Shown here in pieces: positions 1 through 16,502 of a DNA stretch of 64,000 nucleotides. Origin of the DNA: Scenedesmus sp. PABB004 (lineage: Eukaryota); contig JABVCE010000034.1 in the NCBI GenBank assembly GCA_014905635.1, positions 186,001 through 250,000 on the forward strand, given 5' to 3'. Position numbers and translations under genes: made by a program. The stretch's first letter is position 1; every line of letters starts with the position of its first letter. Under the pieces are notes generated by a model. That model ran no database searches and was not told where the DNA came from. It worked only from the letters and a program-made list of their open reading frames with translations.

Positions 1-2515
1 AGCTCCTGTGGCTCGGCAGCCGCTGCGGCGACGGCCTCTCAACCGTGCAGTACAACATGGTCGTCGCTGTCTTCCGATCCAACGGCTCGCTCGCGCGCGC
101 GGGCGGCAAGGACTGCGTGCAGCCCCGCCGCCGCGGCGCGGCGCAGGCGGCCTGGAACCGGCAGTGGCTCGGCAGCGGCTGCGGCATGGTGCCGTCGCTC
201 GCGCCAGACCTGCCCATCAGTGTGTGCAGCGCCGCGCCCGCCGCGGGCTGCCTCACCGCGCTGGACGCGCCCGCCGCGCTGGGCGCCACGCTGGTGCTGC
301 GCGCGCCCGTGGCCTGCGCCGGCGAGGTGGCGACGTCGCTGACCTACACGGGCGTGCCGTGCGGCCCCGGCGGCGGGCTGGTGTCGTGGACGCGCGCCGT
401 CACGCCGCGCGGCTGCGTGCTCACGCCCAGCTCGCCGGCGGTGCGCGGCAAGCCCAAGGCGCTGTCGGACGTCTTTGGCAGCTGCGGCGTGCCGCCCGGC
501 GCGGCGACGGCCGCGCCGCCGAGCACGGTCTGCCCGCCGCCCCCGGTCGACTGCGTGGGCAGCTGGGGGCCCTGGGGCGCCTGCAGCGTGACCTGCGGCG
601 CGGGCGCGCAGACGAGCACCTTCACCGTGACCGTCAAGGCGGCCAACGGCGGCGAGGACTGCGAGGCCCTGCACGGCGCCACGCGCGCGCAGACGTGCAC
701 CAACGCCCCCTGCGCGCCGCTGTTTGACATCCCCAAGCTCCCCCGCGCGCCTGTGCTGGCCGACCAGATCATGCCGTCCGGCGCGCGCCGCATCGAGGCC
801 GCGCGCGACGACGGGTCTGGCGGCGGGGCGCTGGTCGTGGACATCGACGGCCTGCCCACGGAGCGCCAGGTCCTGGTCGGCATCGTCGGTGCGCGCGCCG
901 CCGCCCCGCCCGCCGCGGCGCCGCCGGCGCGCCCGGCGCGCGCGCGCGGCCGCCGGCGGCGCGCCGACGCACGCCGCCGCGCGCGCGCGGCCGCGCCGCC
1001 ATCGCGCAGACTCTGGCATCGACAGCCGCCACCCCGACCTGAACTACGCCGGCGGCCAGTCGTTCGTGCAGGCCTCGGCCACGCACCCCAACGACACGTC
1101 AGACCCCGGCGTCGACCACTACGGTGCGCCGCGGCGCGCGGCGCTCCCTGGGCGTGCACGCGTGCGCACACGCACACGCACACGCGCGCGCTGCCGCCGC
1201 GCCCCAGCCCTGCCGTGCCGCCCGCTGACGCGCCGCGCCGCGCGCGCAGGCCACGGCACGCACGTCGCGGGCATCGTCGGCGCGCTCAACAACGGCCTGG
1301 GCACCGTGGGCATCGCGCCCGGCACGGGCCTGTTTTCGCTCAAGGTCCTGGTGAGTGACGCGACGCAGCGGCGCGGCGCGCGCCGCAGGCGCCCCGCCGC
1401 GCGCGCCCCGCCCGTGCGCCCGCCCACGCCGCCCCGCCCGCGGCGCGGCGCGCCGCGCCGCGCAGGACGGCGACGGCCGCGGCACGCTGAGCGGCGTGCT
1501 GTCGGCGGTGCAGTGGGCCGCGGCGCAGGGCCGGTCGCTGGGCATCCACGTGCTCAACCTCAGCCTCGCCGCATACATCGACCCGTCCAGCGAGGACTAT
1601 GACGCCACGCGGGCCTACATCTGCGGCGTCATGCAGGAGGCCTCGGACGGCGGTGCGGCGGCCCCGCGCCGCGCCCGCCGGCGGCCGCCGGCCGCGCCGC
1701 CGCCCCCGCCGCGCGGGGCCGCAGCGGCCCGCACGCACACCAGCCACCACCAGCCCACACCCTTGCCTGGCCGCCCGCCGCCCCCGCGCCGCGTGCAGGC
1801 ATCGCCGTCGTCATCGCCGCCGGCAACTACGCGTCGGTGAGCGGCGCCGCGCCCCGCCCGCGCCACGCCCGCGCCGCTCACGCCACGCCCTCACCACCAC
1901 GCACCTCACCACCACGCACCTCACCACCACGCTCACCCCCCCCCTCCCCAGGACCTCCACGCCTACCTGCCCGCCAACTGCCCCTGCGTCGCGAGCGTGA
2001 CGGCGGTCGACGACGACGGCAGCGAGCCGGCCTCGTACACCAACTGGCTCCCCGAGGGCCAGCGCAACGTCGACCACTTCCTGCTCGCCGCGCCAGGGAC
2101 GGGCATCTTCAGCACCATGTCCTACGAGAAGGACATCACCGGCTTCCAGACGCTCAGCGGCACCAGGTGCGGCGCGCGGGGCGCAGAGGCGCGCGCGGCG
2201 GCGCGCGGCGGCGGGCGGGGGCGGATGCCGCGGCGGCGGCGCGGGGGGGCGGCGGCGGAGGCGGCGCGCCGCCCGCGCCCACACGCCGCGCCCGTGCGCC
2301 GCCGCAGCATGGCCGCGCCGCACGTCGCCGCGGTGGCCGCGAGCTGCGTGATGTCGGGGCTGTGCAACGCCGGCACCGGCCTGGAGCAGCTGCGCCTGCT
2401 CGAGGGCGCGGCCAAGGCCAAGCGCGACGCGCAGCCGGGGTACGGCTTTGCCGGCGACGCCGAGAGCACGCAGTTTGGCAAGTTCTACGGCTTCCTCACC
2501 TGGGACGGCTTCTAA
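1..2515 (+). CDS. Subtilisin-like serine protease (S8) with upstream thrombospondin type-1 repeat; 5'-partial, 6 introns
   Basis: Splicing GT-AG introns 889-1009, 1124-1249, 1351-1465, 1653-1798, 1837-1951 and 2167-2307 gives VGIVDSGID, GHGTHVAG, AAGN and SGTSMAAPHVA. TSP1 motif DCVGSWGPWGACSVTCG at about 550-710. Stop TAA 2513-2515. Confidence 0.93.
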
Positions 2516-4153
2516 CAGGCTTGTTGCACCTGGGGCGCGTCCAGGGCTTGTCAGCAGCCTCTAGAGAGCTCGTCAGCCCCTGCTGCCTGCCGCTTATAAC
2601 AGCGGCAGCGCGGGCGGGGCGGGGCGGGAGGGAGAGGGGCGCGCGGCGCGCGGCGCGCGGCGGCCCCAAGCGGCCAGGGCCGCCGCGCGCGGGCGCGCGC
2701 CCGGCGGCCACCGCGGCCAGGACGGTCTGCGTGGACCCCACCCTGCCCTTGTGCGCATGCGCGCACGCGCACTGCTTGCTCCTGGGGACGTGCATGGCTG
2801 CTGCGGGACCGCATGCGCGGGGATTGCCGAGCGCGACCAATGGCCAACGGACAGGGCTGCCCGCCTTGGCGCGGCACCCCACGAGCAGCCCGCGCCATGC
2901 GCGAGGCGGCGCCGAGCGCGCCGGGCGCCCATGGCGCGCCGCCGCGCCGTCCCTGCCGCCTGGCCTGAGCGGGGCGGCGCGCGCGGCGCGCCGGCAGGTG
3001 CCCCTTCATTGCTTGCTGGCCGTTGCTTGCTGGCACACCTGATCGCTGCAGCACCACCACCTGCGCACCGCAACTCGTGAGCTGGACTGTCAGAAAAAAG
3101 TGGTCGGGCGGAACGCGGTGGGCACGCGAGGGGACGGCCCCTCGGCCGCACTGCGACCCACACACTCAGCTGCATTGTTGAGCGCCATGCCGGCAGCATG
3201 GTAGCCAGGGGCCGGGCGCGCTGGGGAGGGAGGGAGCGAGGGGCCGGCGGGAGCGGGCTTGCGGCTGCGAGCGCCGCGCCCCCGCCGCACACCGCAGGGC
3301 GCCGTCACGGCGATGCCGCCCGGGCCAGCCGCCGCAGCGCGCTGGCCCGGCGGCGCGGCTGCTGTGGAGCGGGCGCTCCTCAGCATCCGCTCCGCGGCAG
3401 CACGGGACCCTTGTCGCCCGGTGACGCGTTGCCCGTTGAACCGTTGCCGCTGGGCGGGTGGGTGGTGAGCCTTGCACGCACACTCGCACCGATTTTTGTT
3501 GTAGCAGCACGCACACACACCGCTCCGCACCTGGAGGGCCCGCCATTGCGTCGGACAGGGCCGGCACTTGCTTGTGCGCCACCGCGGTGCCGCGGAATCG
3601 CCGGCACTGTGCGCGCGCGCCCCGTGTTGCTGCAGGCTTGAGCTGTGATCTCTTCCAACGCACCTGTGCGGCGTGCGCCGCTGTTGCAGTACCGTGGACT
3701 TGGTGGACTTGCCGTGGACTGCGTGGGGGGCGCTGCGTGCGCGGCGTGGAACAACCCGCCTGGCCAGCCGGCGGTCCGATCTCGATCCCGACAGCGTCCA
3801 GCGTCCGCTTCGCCAGGTGGGGCATCAACGTCGAGCCCCAAGCTCGTCGCCGAGCTCTGAAAAGCCGCGCAGGCGGCGGCACCCGCGCCGCAGCAGCGGC
3901 GGCGCTGAAACCCGCGGCGCGTCGGCGCAGCGTCCCGCCCCGTCGAGTCGCGCCCCCAGTTGCCCGACTGGCAGCGCGATCTGAGCGCCGATCGCGAGCT
4001 CTCGCCGCGGCGAGACCACTTTCCCGAGCCCAGCCAGCCGCGCCCGCCGGCCGGCACAGCCGGCGCGTGACGTGCCCGGCCGCGTGAAAGCTCGGGCGGG
4101 CGCGGGGCGCAGCGCGGCGCTGGGTGCTGGGCGCCCCGGTGGCGGGAGCAGCG

Positions 4154-5612
4154 ATGGACGAGAGCAGCTACACCACCGACGTGTTCAGGATATGGTGAGC
4201 CCGCTGCGCGCGCGGAGCGAAGCGCGCGGGCCCCGGCGGGCCCCGGCGAGCGCGGGCGAGCGCGGCATCGCTCGCCCGCGACCCCCGGGGCCGCCAGATC
4301 GCGCGCCTGCGCGGCTCCGCGGCCGCAGCGCACAGCCGTGGACGGCCTCCCGGCCCGGCGGCGCGCGCGGGGCGCCGGCGGCGGCGGCGCGCGCGCGCAG
4401 CAGCGGCGCCGCCTGGCGGCGCGCGGGCGGTGCCGCCTCAGTGCACGCCCGCCGCGCGCCGCCGGCAGGTACTGCAAGCGCATAATGTGCTCGCGCCGGG
4501 ACAAGCACGACTGGCAGGTGCGGGCGCGCGCGCGCGCGGCGATCGGCCCGCCCGAGCAGCGCGCGCCGTTGCGGCACACGCCCTACGCCCGCCCGCGTCC
4601 CCGCCGCCCGCCCGCCCGGGCCCGGCCGCGCCAGGCCTGCCCCTTCTACCACAGCGGCGAGAAGGCGCACCGCCGCGACCCGCGCACGCACGGCTCCAAC
4701 CTGTGCCCCTCCATCGAAAAGGCGCGGCGCTGGGAGCTGCAGCGGCGGCGCGCGGTGACGCCTGGCGCCCGGGCGCCCCCGGCCGACCCCCGCACGCGCC
4801 GCACCGCGCCGCCCCGTCGCAGACGGGGGAGTGCCCGCACGGCGAGAAGTGCCAGAACGCGCACACCGTGTTTGAGGCCCGCCTGCACCCCAACAAGTGC
4901 GCGCCCGTGCTCCGCGCCGCGCCGCGCCGCGCCCGACCCGGCGCTGCCGGCGTGCCGCCCCCCAACCACCCGCGCCGCGCCGCCCGGCGCGGCCGTGCCA
5001 GGTACCGCACGACGCTGTGCAGCGAGGGCCTCAACTGCAGCCGCAAGCTCTGCTTCTTTGCGCACACCGTGGACGAGCTGCGCACCGACGTGAGCGTGCC
5101 GCAGGTGCCGGTGGGGTACGACGAGTACATGGCCCTGCAGCCCCAGGTGCCCACGCCGCACAGCGGGCACAGCAGCCACCACAGCGGCCACCACGGCGGC
5201 GGCCACGGCGGCGGGCGCCACGAGCCGCGCCACGACAGCCGGCACGAGCCGCGCGGCGAGCCGCGCGGCGACCCGGGCGGCGGCGGCGGCGGCGGCGGGG
5301 GCCACGTGCCGCACCAGCCATACGCCCTCATCGGCGGCCCCGGCGGGCCGCCCAGCTCGGCGGGCAGCAGCGGCGGGCACATGCCCGACGGCCACGCCGG
5401 CGGCGGCGGCGGCGGGGGCGGCGGCGGCGGCTACTACGTGCGCAAGAGCGACACAGGCGGCGGCGGCGGCGGGCAGCCCATGGTCATGTACCTGCAGGGC
5501 GCGCCGCCGCCGGGCGCGCAGCTGCTTGCGGCGCCGCCGGGCGCCGCGTTTGCCGCGCCCGGTGGCGTCGTCTACGGCGGCGGCGGCGGGCCAGTGTTCG
5601 CGCCGCCGAGCA

Positions 5613-5646
<34 letters not shown>

Positions 5647-7907
5647 GGGACCGCCGTCCAACACGACCATGCTGCTGCAGCAGCAGCACCACGCGGCGCA
5701 GGGCGGCGCGCAGACGCCGTACGGCAGCTACGGCCAGGGCGCGCCGCCGGGGCAGCAGGGCGGGCCGCAGGGCACGGGCGTGTTCACGTCGACGCAGCTG
5801 CTGCAGGCGCTGCAGGGCGGCAGCGGCGGCAGCGGCAGCAGCGCGTCGGGCGCGCCGTACGCGCAGGCGCACCAGCTGGGCGGCCGCGGCGGCAGCGGGC
5901 CCCTGCCGCCGCAAGGGGCGCAGGTCATGGTCGCGCAGCTGCCGCCGGGCGTGATGCGGGGGCCGCCCGGCGGCGGCGGCGGCGGCGCGGCGGCGGCGGC
6001 GGCGGCGGCGGCGGCAGCTTCAGCAGCCAGACGTCGGGCCGCGGCGGCGGCGACAGCCACCCCCAGCAGCAGCAGCAGCACCACCACCAGCAGCAGCAGC
6101 AGAGCGGCCCTCCGCCGCCGCAGCCGCCGCCGCAGCCGGCGCAGCAGCAGGTGCACGAGGCGCCCATGCCGCCGCCGCGGGCGGCGCTGCCGGCCAGCAC
6201 CGCGGCGGCCAGCCCCAGCGGCGGCGCGTCGCCCCACCCGGCGGCGGGCGGCGCCACGGCGGCCATGTTTGCGGCGATTGCTTCGTCCGACGGCCGCCCC
6301 GCGCAGCCCGCCAACGGCAGCCGCGCGCCCGCGCTGCAGGGGCCGGGCGCGCGCGGCGTCCCCGCGGCGCGCGGCAGCGGCTCCGGCGGCGGCGGCCCCG
6401 CGAGCGGCGGCGGCGCCGCCGCGGCCGCGGCGGCACTCGCGGCGGCCGAGGCGAAGCAGCAGAAGCTGCAGGACATGCTGCGCGCGGCGCTGAACGAGAT
6501 CACGGTGCTCAAGTCGCGCGCGCACGCGGCCGAGGAGAAGCTGGCCGCCGCAGAGAGCTACATGTCCAAGGCGGCGCTGCAGGCGCTGCTCGCGGCCGGC
6601 GCCGCGCCGCGCGCCGGCGGCGCCCGTGCGGCGGGCGGCGGCGAGGAGGGCGCCGCGGCCGAGGACAAGGACGGCGCCGTGGCCGAGGGCAAGGACGGCG
6701 CCGCGGCCGAGGGCAAGGCCGGCGCCGCCGCTGACGGCAAGGCCGACGCCGCGGCGACCGCGCGGGCGGCGGCCGACGACGAGCCGGTGGACGTGGGCCT
6801 GCTGCCCGTCAGCCTGGCCATGCTGGTGGGCGCTGGGCTGCGCGGCTGGGCTGCGCTGGCTTGCTCGCGAGTCGGCGGGTCGGCCCGCGCGCGTGCGCTG
6901 ACACCCCCCCCCCTCCCTCCCATCCTTTTGGGCCCGCGCCGCAGCCCGACTCGCAGCTCGCCGTGGTGCTGCCCAAGGCCATGTCGGTGCGGGACGTGCG
7001 CGAGGTCGTGCGCGCGGTGATGAGCCGCGGCGGCGTCACCGTGAGTCTGGGCGCCGCTGGGCGCCCGCCGCTGGGGCTGGGCCCGCCGCCGCCCGGCAGC
7101 CGAGCCGCCGCCGACGGGGGCTGCGGCGCGCCGCCTACCGCGCGCGCAGGAGGCCGGCGTGCGCTGCGCCGACGCGACCATCAAGGCCCAGCTGGAGCTG
7201 GCGCGCGAGGTGCGCGCCGCGCGCCCGCCCGCCCGCGCGCCCCGCCCCGGCCCGCCCCGCCCAACGCGCGCGCGCGCGCCCGCGCCGCGCAGACGGAGGC
7301 CGGCCAGCGCGCGCAGCGCGCCAACCTCGCGTCCGCGCGCGCCGAGGCGGCGGCCGCGGCCGCGGCGCGGGACAAGATGGAGGTCCGCTACCGCAGCCAC
7401 AAGGCCAGCGCGCTCGGCGCGGCGCTCGAGGCGGCGGCGGCGCGCGCCGAGGCCGAGACGGCGGCGGCGGCGCTCGCCGAGGCGCGCGCGAGCGCGGCCA
7501 ACGCGTGGGCGGTGGTCTCGCAGGCGGCAGCGGCAAAGGGCCTGACGAGCTGGGCGGACGCGGTGTCGGACGGCGACGACGACGAGGGCGGCGGCGCGGA
7601 CCAGGACCCGGCACCGGCGCCGGCGCCGCCGGCCGCGGCCGCCGCCGGCGGCAGCACGCGTGCCAGCGCCGACGGCGCCGCGCCCGCCGCAGCCGCGGCC
7701 GCGGCCGCCGGCGGCGGCAGCGCGCGTGCCAGCGTCGACGGCGCCGCGCCGGCCGCAGCTGTGGAGGCGCCCGCCCGCGCAGCGGATGCAGCCGACGCTG
7801 CCGACGCGACTGACGCAGCCGACGCTGGCGACGAGGCGGCGCCCGCCGGCTCGGACGACCAGGCCGCGGGCGCTGGCGCTGGCGACGGCGCCAGCGACGC
7901 GCCGTGA
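4154..7907 (+). CDS. Plant-type RR-TZF tandem CCCH zinc-finger RNA-binding protein with long Gly/Gln/Ala-rich and coiled-coil tail
   Basis: Spliced exons give FRIWYCKRIMCSRRDKHDWQACPFYHSGEKAHRRDPR, CPSIEKTGECPHGEKCQNAH and KYRTTLCSEGLNCSRKLCFFAH. Includes GC-AG intron 4722-4822 and an apparent frameshift near 5987. C-terminal exons are less certain. Confidence 0.85.
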
Positions 7908-8897
7908 GGACGGAGGGAGGGTGGGGGAAGCTCCCCCCCCACGCGTGCGCACGCGTGCGCGGGGCGTTGGGGGTCGGTCGACGGGACGGGGACCTCAGGG
8001 CGGCTGGAATTCTGAGGGCTGGCGGGCGCAAGTGCGGTGTGGGTCTCTGCGCACAAGGAGGGGCGCCTCGGTCGGTGTGCAGCCAGCCGCGAATGGCTCG
8101 GCTGGTTGGGACAGCGGGGGAGCCAACCGTGCGCGGAGCCGCGCCCGGGCGCCCTTGCGAGGCGGGCCGCGCACGCGGTGGCGGCAGGCCCGCGCTGGCC
8201 GCTCCGGTGCCTGGCGGTTGGGCGTTGCAGGAGGAGGGGGAGTGGGATGCATGGAATGCGCGGGGGCGTTGCGCAGGCGCCGCGTGTCGCGGGGGCGCGC
8301 CCCTTGTCGCCGCCCGCGGCTGCTGCGCCGTGGCCGCCCAGCTCGCGTGCGCGCCGCGTGGGCGGCGCGCGGGCGTGCGGGGGAGGACTTGCTTGCGGCG
8401 CAATGGCGCCGCCCTGGGCCGTGCGGCTGGGTGACGGGAGCGGGCGGGGATTGCAGACAATTGTCGCGAGTTGTGTGCGCGTCGCGCACGTGATCGCAGG
8501 CTGCGTGGCGCAGGCTGCGTGGCGCGCTGCTGCTGGTGCGGCTGGGTCCGGGGCGGGCAAACGGGGCAGGCGGCGGCACTGGGTCAACAGCAGCGGCGTC
8601 ACCGAGGGAGGCGGGCGGGCGGGCGGCTGCGGGCAGCGGGCGCCTTGCAACTCGTTCAATCCGGCCACTGCCGCGCCTCCGTGCAGCGACGGTCGCAGTC
8701 GGCGCAGTCGCGCAGGCGCGCGGCCAACCGCGTCTGCTGCTCCGCCAGCGCGCGCCCGGCAGCCGCGCTGCAGCCGTGGGTGTGTTTCTAGCTGGCCGTG
8801 CTACTCGTAGCGGTGGACGGTCGAGCTGGCGGAGGAAAAACGGCCGCGGACGAGCAGCAGCAGCGGACCGGCCTCCTGCGCCTTGCGCGCTCACGCA

Positions 8898-11396
8898 ATG
8901 GGTTGCGCGAGCTCCAAAGGCGGCGGCGTGAGCACCACGGAGCACCACGCCGTCCGCGTGGCGCCCAGCGCCGGCAGCGTGCGCGGGCCGAGCCCGCTGC
9001 AGGTGCGCGGCGCCGCCGGCTGCGGCGGCAGCGCTGCCCTGCTCCTCCCACGGTCAGCCAGGGATCATCATCCCAGCCGACAATCCGCCCCGCCGCCCGC
9101 CCAGGCAGCGCCCGCGCTGTCGGCCGACGACGGCCCGGGCGGCGCGCCGACGCCGTCGGCGGTCAAGGTCGCGGTGGTCGTGCGCCCGCTGCTGGACTTT
9201 GAGGCCGCCGGGGGTGCCACGCCGCACGTCGCGGTGCGGCCGCCCAACGCCGTCTCGCTGCCGCCGCGGCCGGGCGCGCCGACGGGAGTCAACGACGGCG
9301 CGTTTGACTTTTGCTTCGACCGCGTGTGAGCGCGGGGCGGGCCGGGCGCCCGGCGGCGCGGGGCGGGCGCCGGCGCGGCATGCGCGCACGCGCGCGTGCG
9401 AGCCGGCGGTGAACGGGCCCCGCGACGCGGCCGGCCGCGGCGCCGCGCGCGCGCAGGTACCTCGCGAGCAGCGGCGCGGCGGGCGGCGCGCTGTTTGACG
9501 ACATGGTCGCGCCCGTGGTCGGGCGCTACGTGCGTGGCTTCAACGCGACCGTGCTTGCCTACGGCCAGACCGGTGCGGCGCCGCGCGTGTGTTCAGGGCC
9601 GGGCTGTGCCAGTGCGGCAAGCGGCCTCGCTGGCGCGCGCGCGCGCGGGGCCGAGGGCGGGGGCGCCGAGGGCCGAGGGCGTCGCGCCGCGCGCCGCGCG
9701 GCGCGCAGGGTCGGGCAAGACCTACACGATGGGCACCGCGGCGCGCGGCGGGCCGGGCGGCAGCGCCGGCGGCGGGCCCGGCGGCGGCGGCGTGATCCGG
9801 CAGGCGTGCGGTCGCGTGCTGGAGCACATGGCCGCGGTTGCTGGGCAGTACGAGGTCAGCCTCAAGGTGCGCGGGGAGGCAGGCGGTACGGCGTCACCCG
9901 GGCGTCATCCAGGCGCACGGGCGCCGCGCCCCGTGGCAGCCGCGGCGCCCCCGCGCTGCGTGCGCGCCTCACGGCGTGGCGCGGTGCGGCACGCGGCTGC
10001 AGGTGTCGTTCGTTGAGATCTACAACGAGAGCATCCAGGACCTGCTCACAGCCCCCGCGCCCCTCGCACACAGCGGCAGCGCCGGCAGCCTCGCCGCGCT
10101 CCGCGCCGGCGGCCGCGCCGGCGGCGGCGGCGGCGGTGCGGACGGCAGCTGCTCCACGCCGCGCAGCGGCTGCTCCGACGCGGGCGGCGCGCCGTGGGCG
10201 GCGTTCGGCGCGACCGCGGGCGGGCCCGAGGGCGGCGGCGTGGCGATCCGGGAGAGCGCGCGGGGCGAGATCGTGCTGGACGGCGCGGCCGAGCGCAGCG
10301 TGGCGTGCATGGCCGACCTGGCGGCGCTGCTCGACGCGGGCAACGCGGTGCGCGCGACCGCGGCGCACAGGTGTGCGCGCGGCGCCGCGCGCGGGGGCCG
10401 GGTCACGTGGCGCCGCGCCGCGCGGCAGCGCCGCGCGAGTGCGAGTGCGAGCGCGAGTGCCGGCGGCGGCGCCGCGGCGCGCTGCCGCGCCGCGCGCAGG
10501 ATGAACCAGGCCTCGAGCCGCAGCCACGCGGTGGTGGTGCTCGCGCTGGAGCAGCGCGCGCGCCCGAGCGCCGCGCTGGGCCTGCCGCCGGAGCTGCGCC
10601 TGCTGCGCAGCAAGCTGCACCTCGTCGACCTCGCGGGCAGCGAGCGCGCCAAGGACACGGGCACCACGGGTGCGCGCACGCGCAGCCGCAGCGCGCGCTC
10701 GCCCGCCCGCGCCGGCAGCGCGCGCGCGCCGACCCCACGCGCGCCCTGCCGCCGCCGCGGTGCCGTTCGCGCCGCCGCCGCCGCGCCCGCAGGCGCGCGC
10801 TTTGACGAGGGCGTGAGCATCAACAAGGGCCTGCTGCAGCTCGGCTGCGTCATTAACGCCCTCACCGAGGGCACGGCGCGGCGGCACATCCCCTACCGCA
10901 ACTCCAAGCTCACGCGCCTCTTGCAGGACAGCCTGGGCGGCAACAGCGAGACGCTCTTCATCGCCTGCGCCTCGCCCGCGCCGTCAAACCGCGACCACAC
11001 CATCTCCACGCTGCGGTGGGGCCGCCCGCCCGCCCGCGCCGCCGCCTCGCTCGCGCCGCCGCCCCGGCCGCCGCCGCCCCGCTGACGCCGCCGCGCCCGG
11101 CCAGGTACGCGAGCCGGGCGATGGCGATCAAAAACAGCCTCAAGCGGCCCGCCATGACCGCCGACGAGGAGCTGGCCTACCTGCGCGGCCTCGTTGCGGC
11201 GCTGACCGACGAAAACCGCGGCCTGCGCGCCGCGCTCGCGGCCGGCAGCGGCGGCACCCGCGCCGGCGGCGGCGGCGGCGCGGCGCCCTGCGCGCCGGCG
11301 GCGCGCGCGCCGTGCGCCGCGCCCTGCGCGCCGGCGGGCGCGCCGCCGCCGGGCGTGGCGGTCGTGCAGGTGCGCGCGCTGTCGGCGCGCGCGTGA
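8898..11396 (+). CDS. Kinesin motor protein, kinesin-4-like, short; N-terminus MGCASSK
   Basis: Spliced motifs [75 protein letters not shown]. The 3' end is uncertain because of a possible donor near 11370. Confidence 0.9.
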
Positions 11397-12072
11397 GCGC
11401 CCACGCGCCAGCGCGCGCGGCACGGCGCGGCGGCGCGCCGCTTCCTCGAACGAAGCCGGGCGGTGTGTTTTCGCGGGCGCGAATTCATTGGTCTGGGAAT
11501 GGGCATTTCATTTAGAGAGGGCACGGCAAGGGACCCCGCGCGGGCGCCTGCCTGCCCGGGCGCGGCGCGGCCAGCGGGGCCGCGTGCGCCCGCGGGGCGG
11601 CGCGCGGGGCGGGGCGGCGCCGCCCTGCGGCCGCAGGGCGGCGCGCGGCGACCCCCGCAGCGCGGCCGCGAGCAGCGCTCGGATCGCGGGGGCCGCGGGG
11701 CGAGTTAACTGCGCACCCGCCCGCCCGCGCCGCGTGCGCCCCCGCGCGCACGCCAGGAATGAGGTGGTGGCTCGATCGCTGGGCTCGCACACGCACACAC
11801 ACGCACGCACGCGCGCGCCGCCGACGATCACCAGTGCGCGGCCGCAGACGGCGGCGCGCGAGGCCCCCCGCCCGCCCGCCCCCGCCCGCCCGCCCCGCCC
11901 GCCCGCCGCTGCGCCCTGCCCCACCCCTCCTCCCCTCGCGCCCGCGCCCGCCAGCTCCCGCCCGCCGTCGCCCCGCGGCTCCGCGCGCGGCGCGGGCGCG
12001 GGCGCCGCCCGTCGCGCCCGTCGCGGCCGTGGGGCCGCCGGGGTTTAGGCGGGGCGTCGGGTGCGTCAGGGT

Positions 12073-16130
<4,058 letters not shown>

Positions 16131-16502
16131 GGTTGCGGGCGCCTCCCGGCGTCAAGCGCGCATGATCGGGGCCACGCCGGCCGCGGGAGGGTGCCGTGCG
16201 CGCTGGGCCGCACGCCAGGTAGCTTGGCGCGGCGCGGGGCGCGGGGCTCGGGGCGCCAGGGCCCAGAGAGCGCGGCCAGCGAGGGCGCCGCGCGCGAGGG
16301 GTCCATCCCGCACGCCCGCCCACGCGCAGCCCGCCACTACCACGCCCCTCCCCAGGGCCCGCCTTCACACACCGCCGCCGCCGCCGACACCCGCGCCCGC
16401 GCCGCGCTGCCCGCGCCCGCCGCGCCCGCCGCCGCCGCCGGCACGCCCTGCACGCCCGGCCGGCCCAGGAGGGCGGCCAACGTTCTCGGGCGGCGCGCCG
16501 CC

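Noticed and set aside
3085..3150. T6 run on the minus strand resembling a Pol III terminator
   Set aside because: No tRNA cloverleaf, A/B boxes or snRNA motif recognisable upstream.
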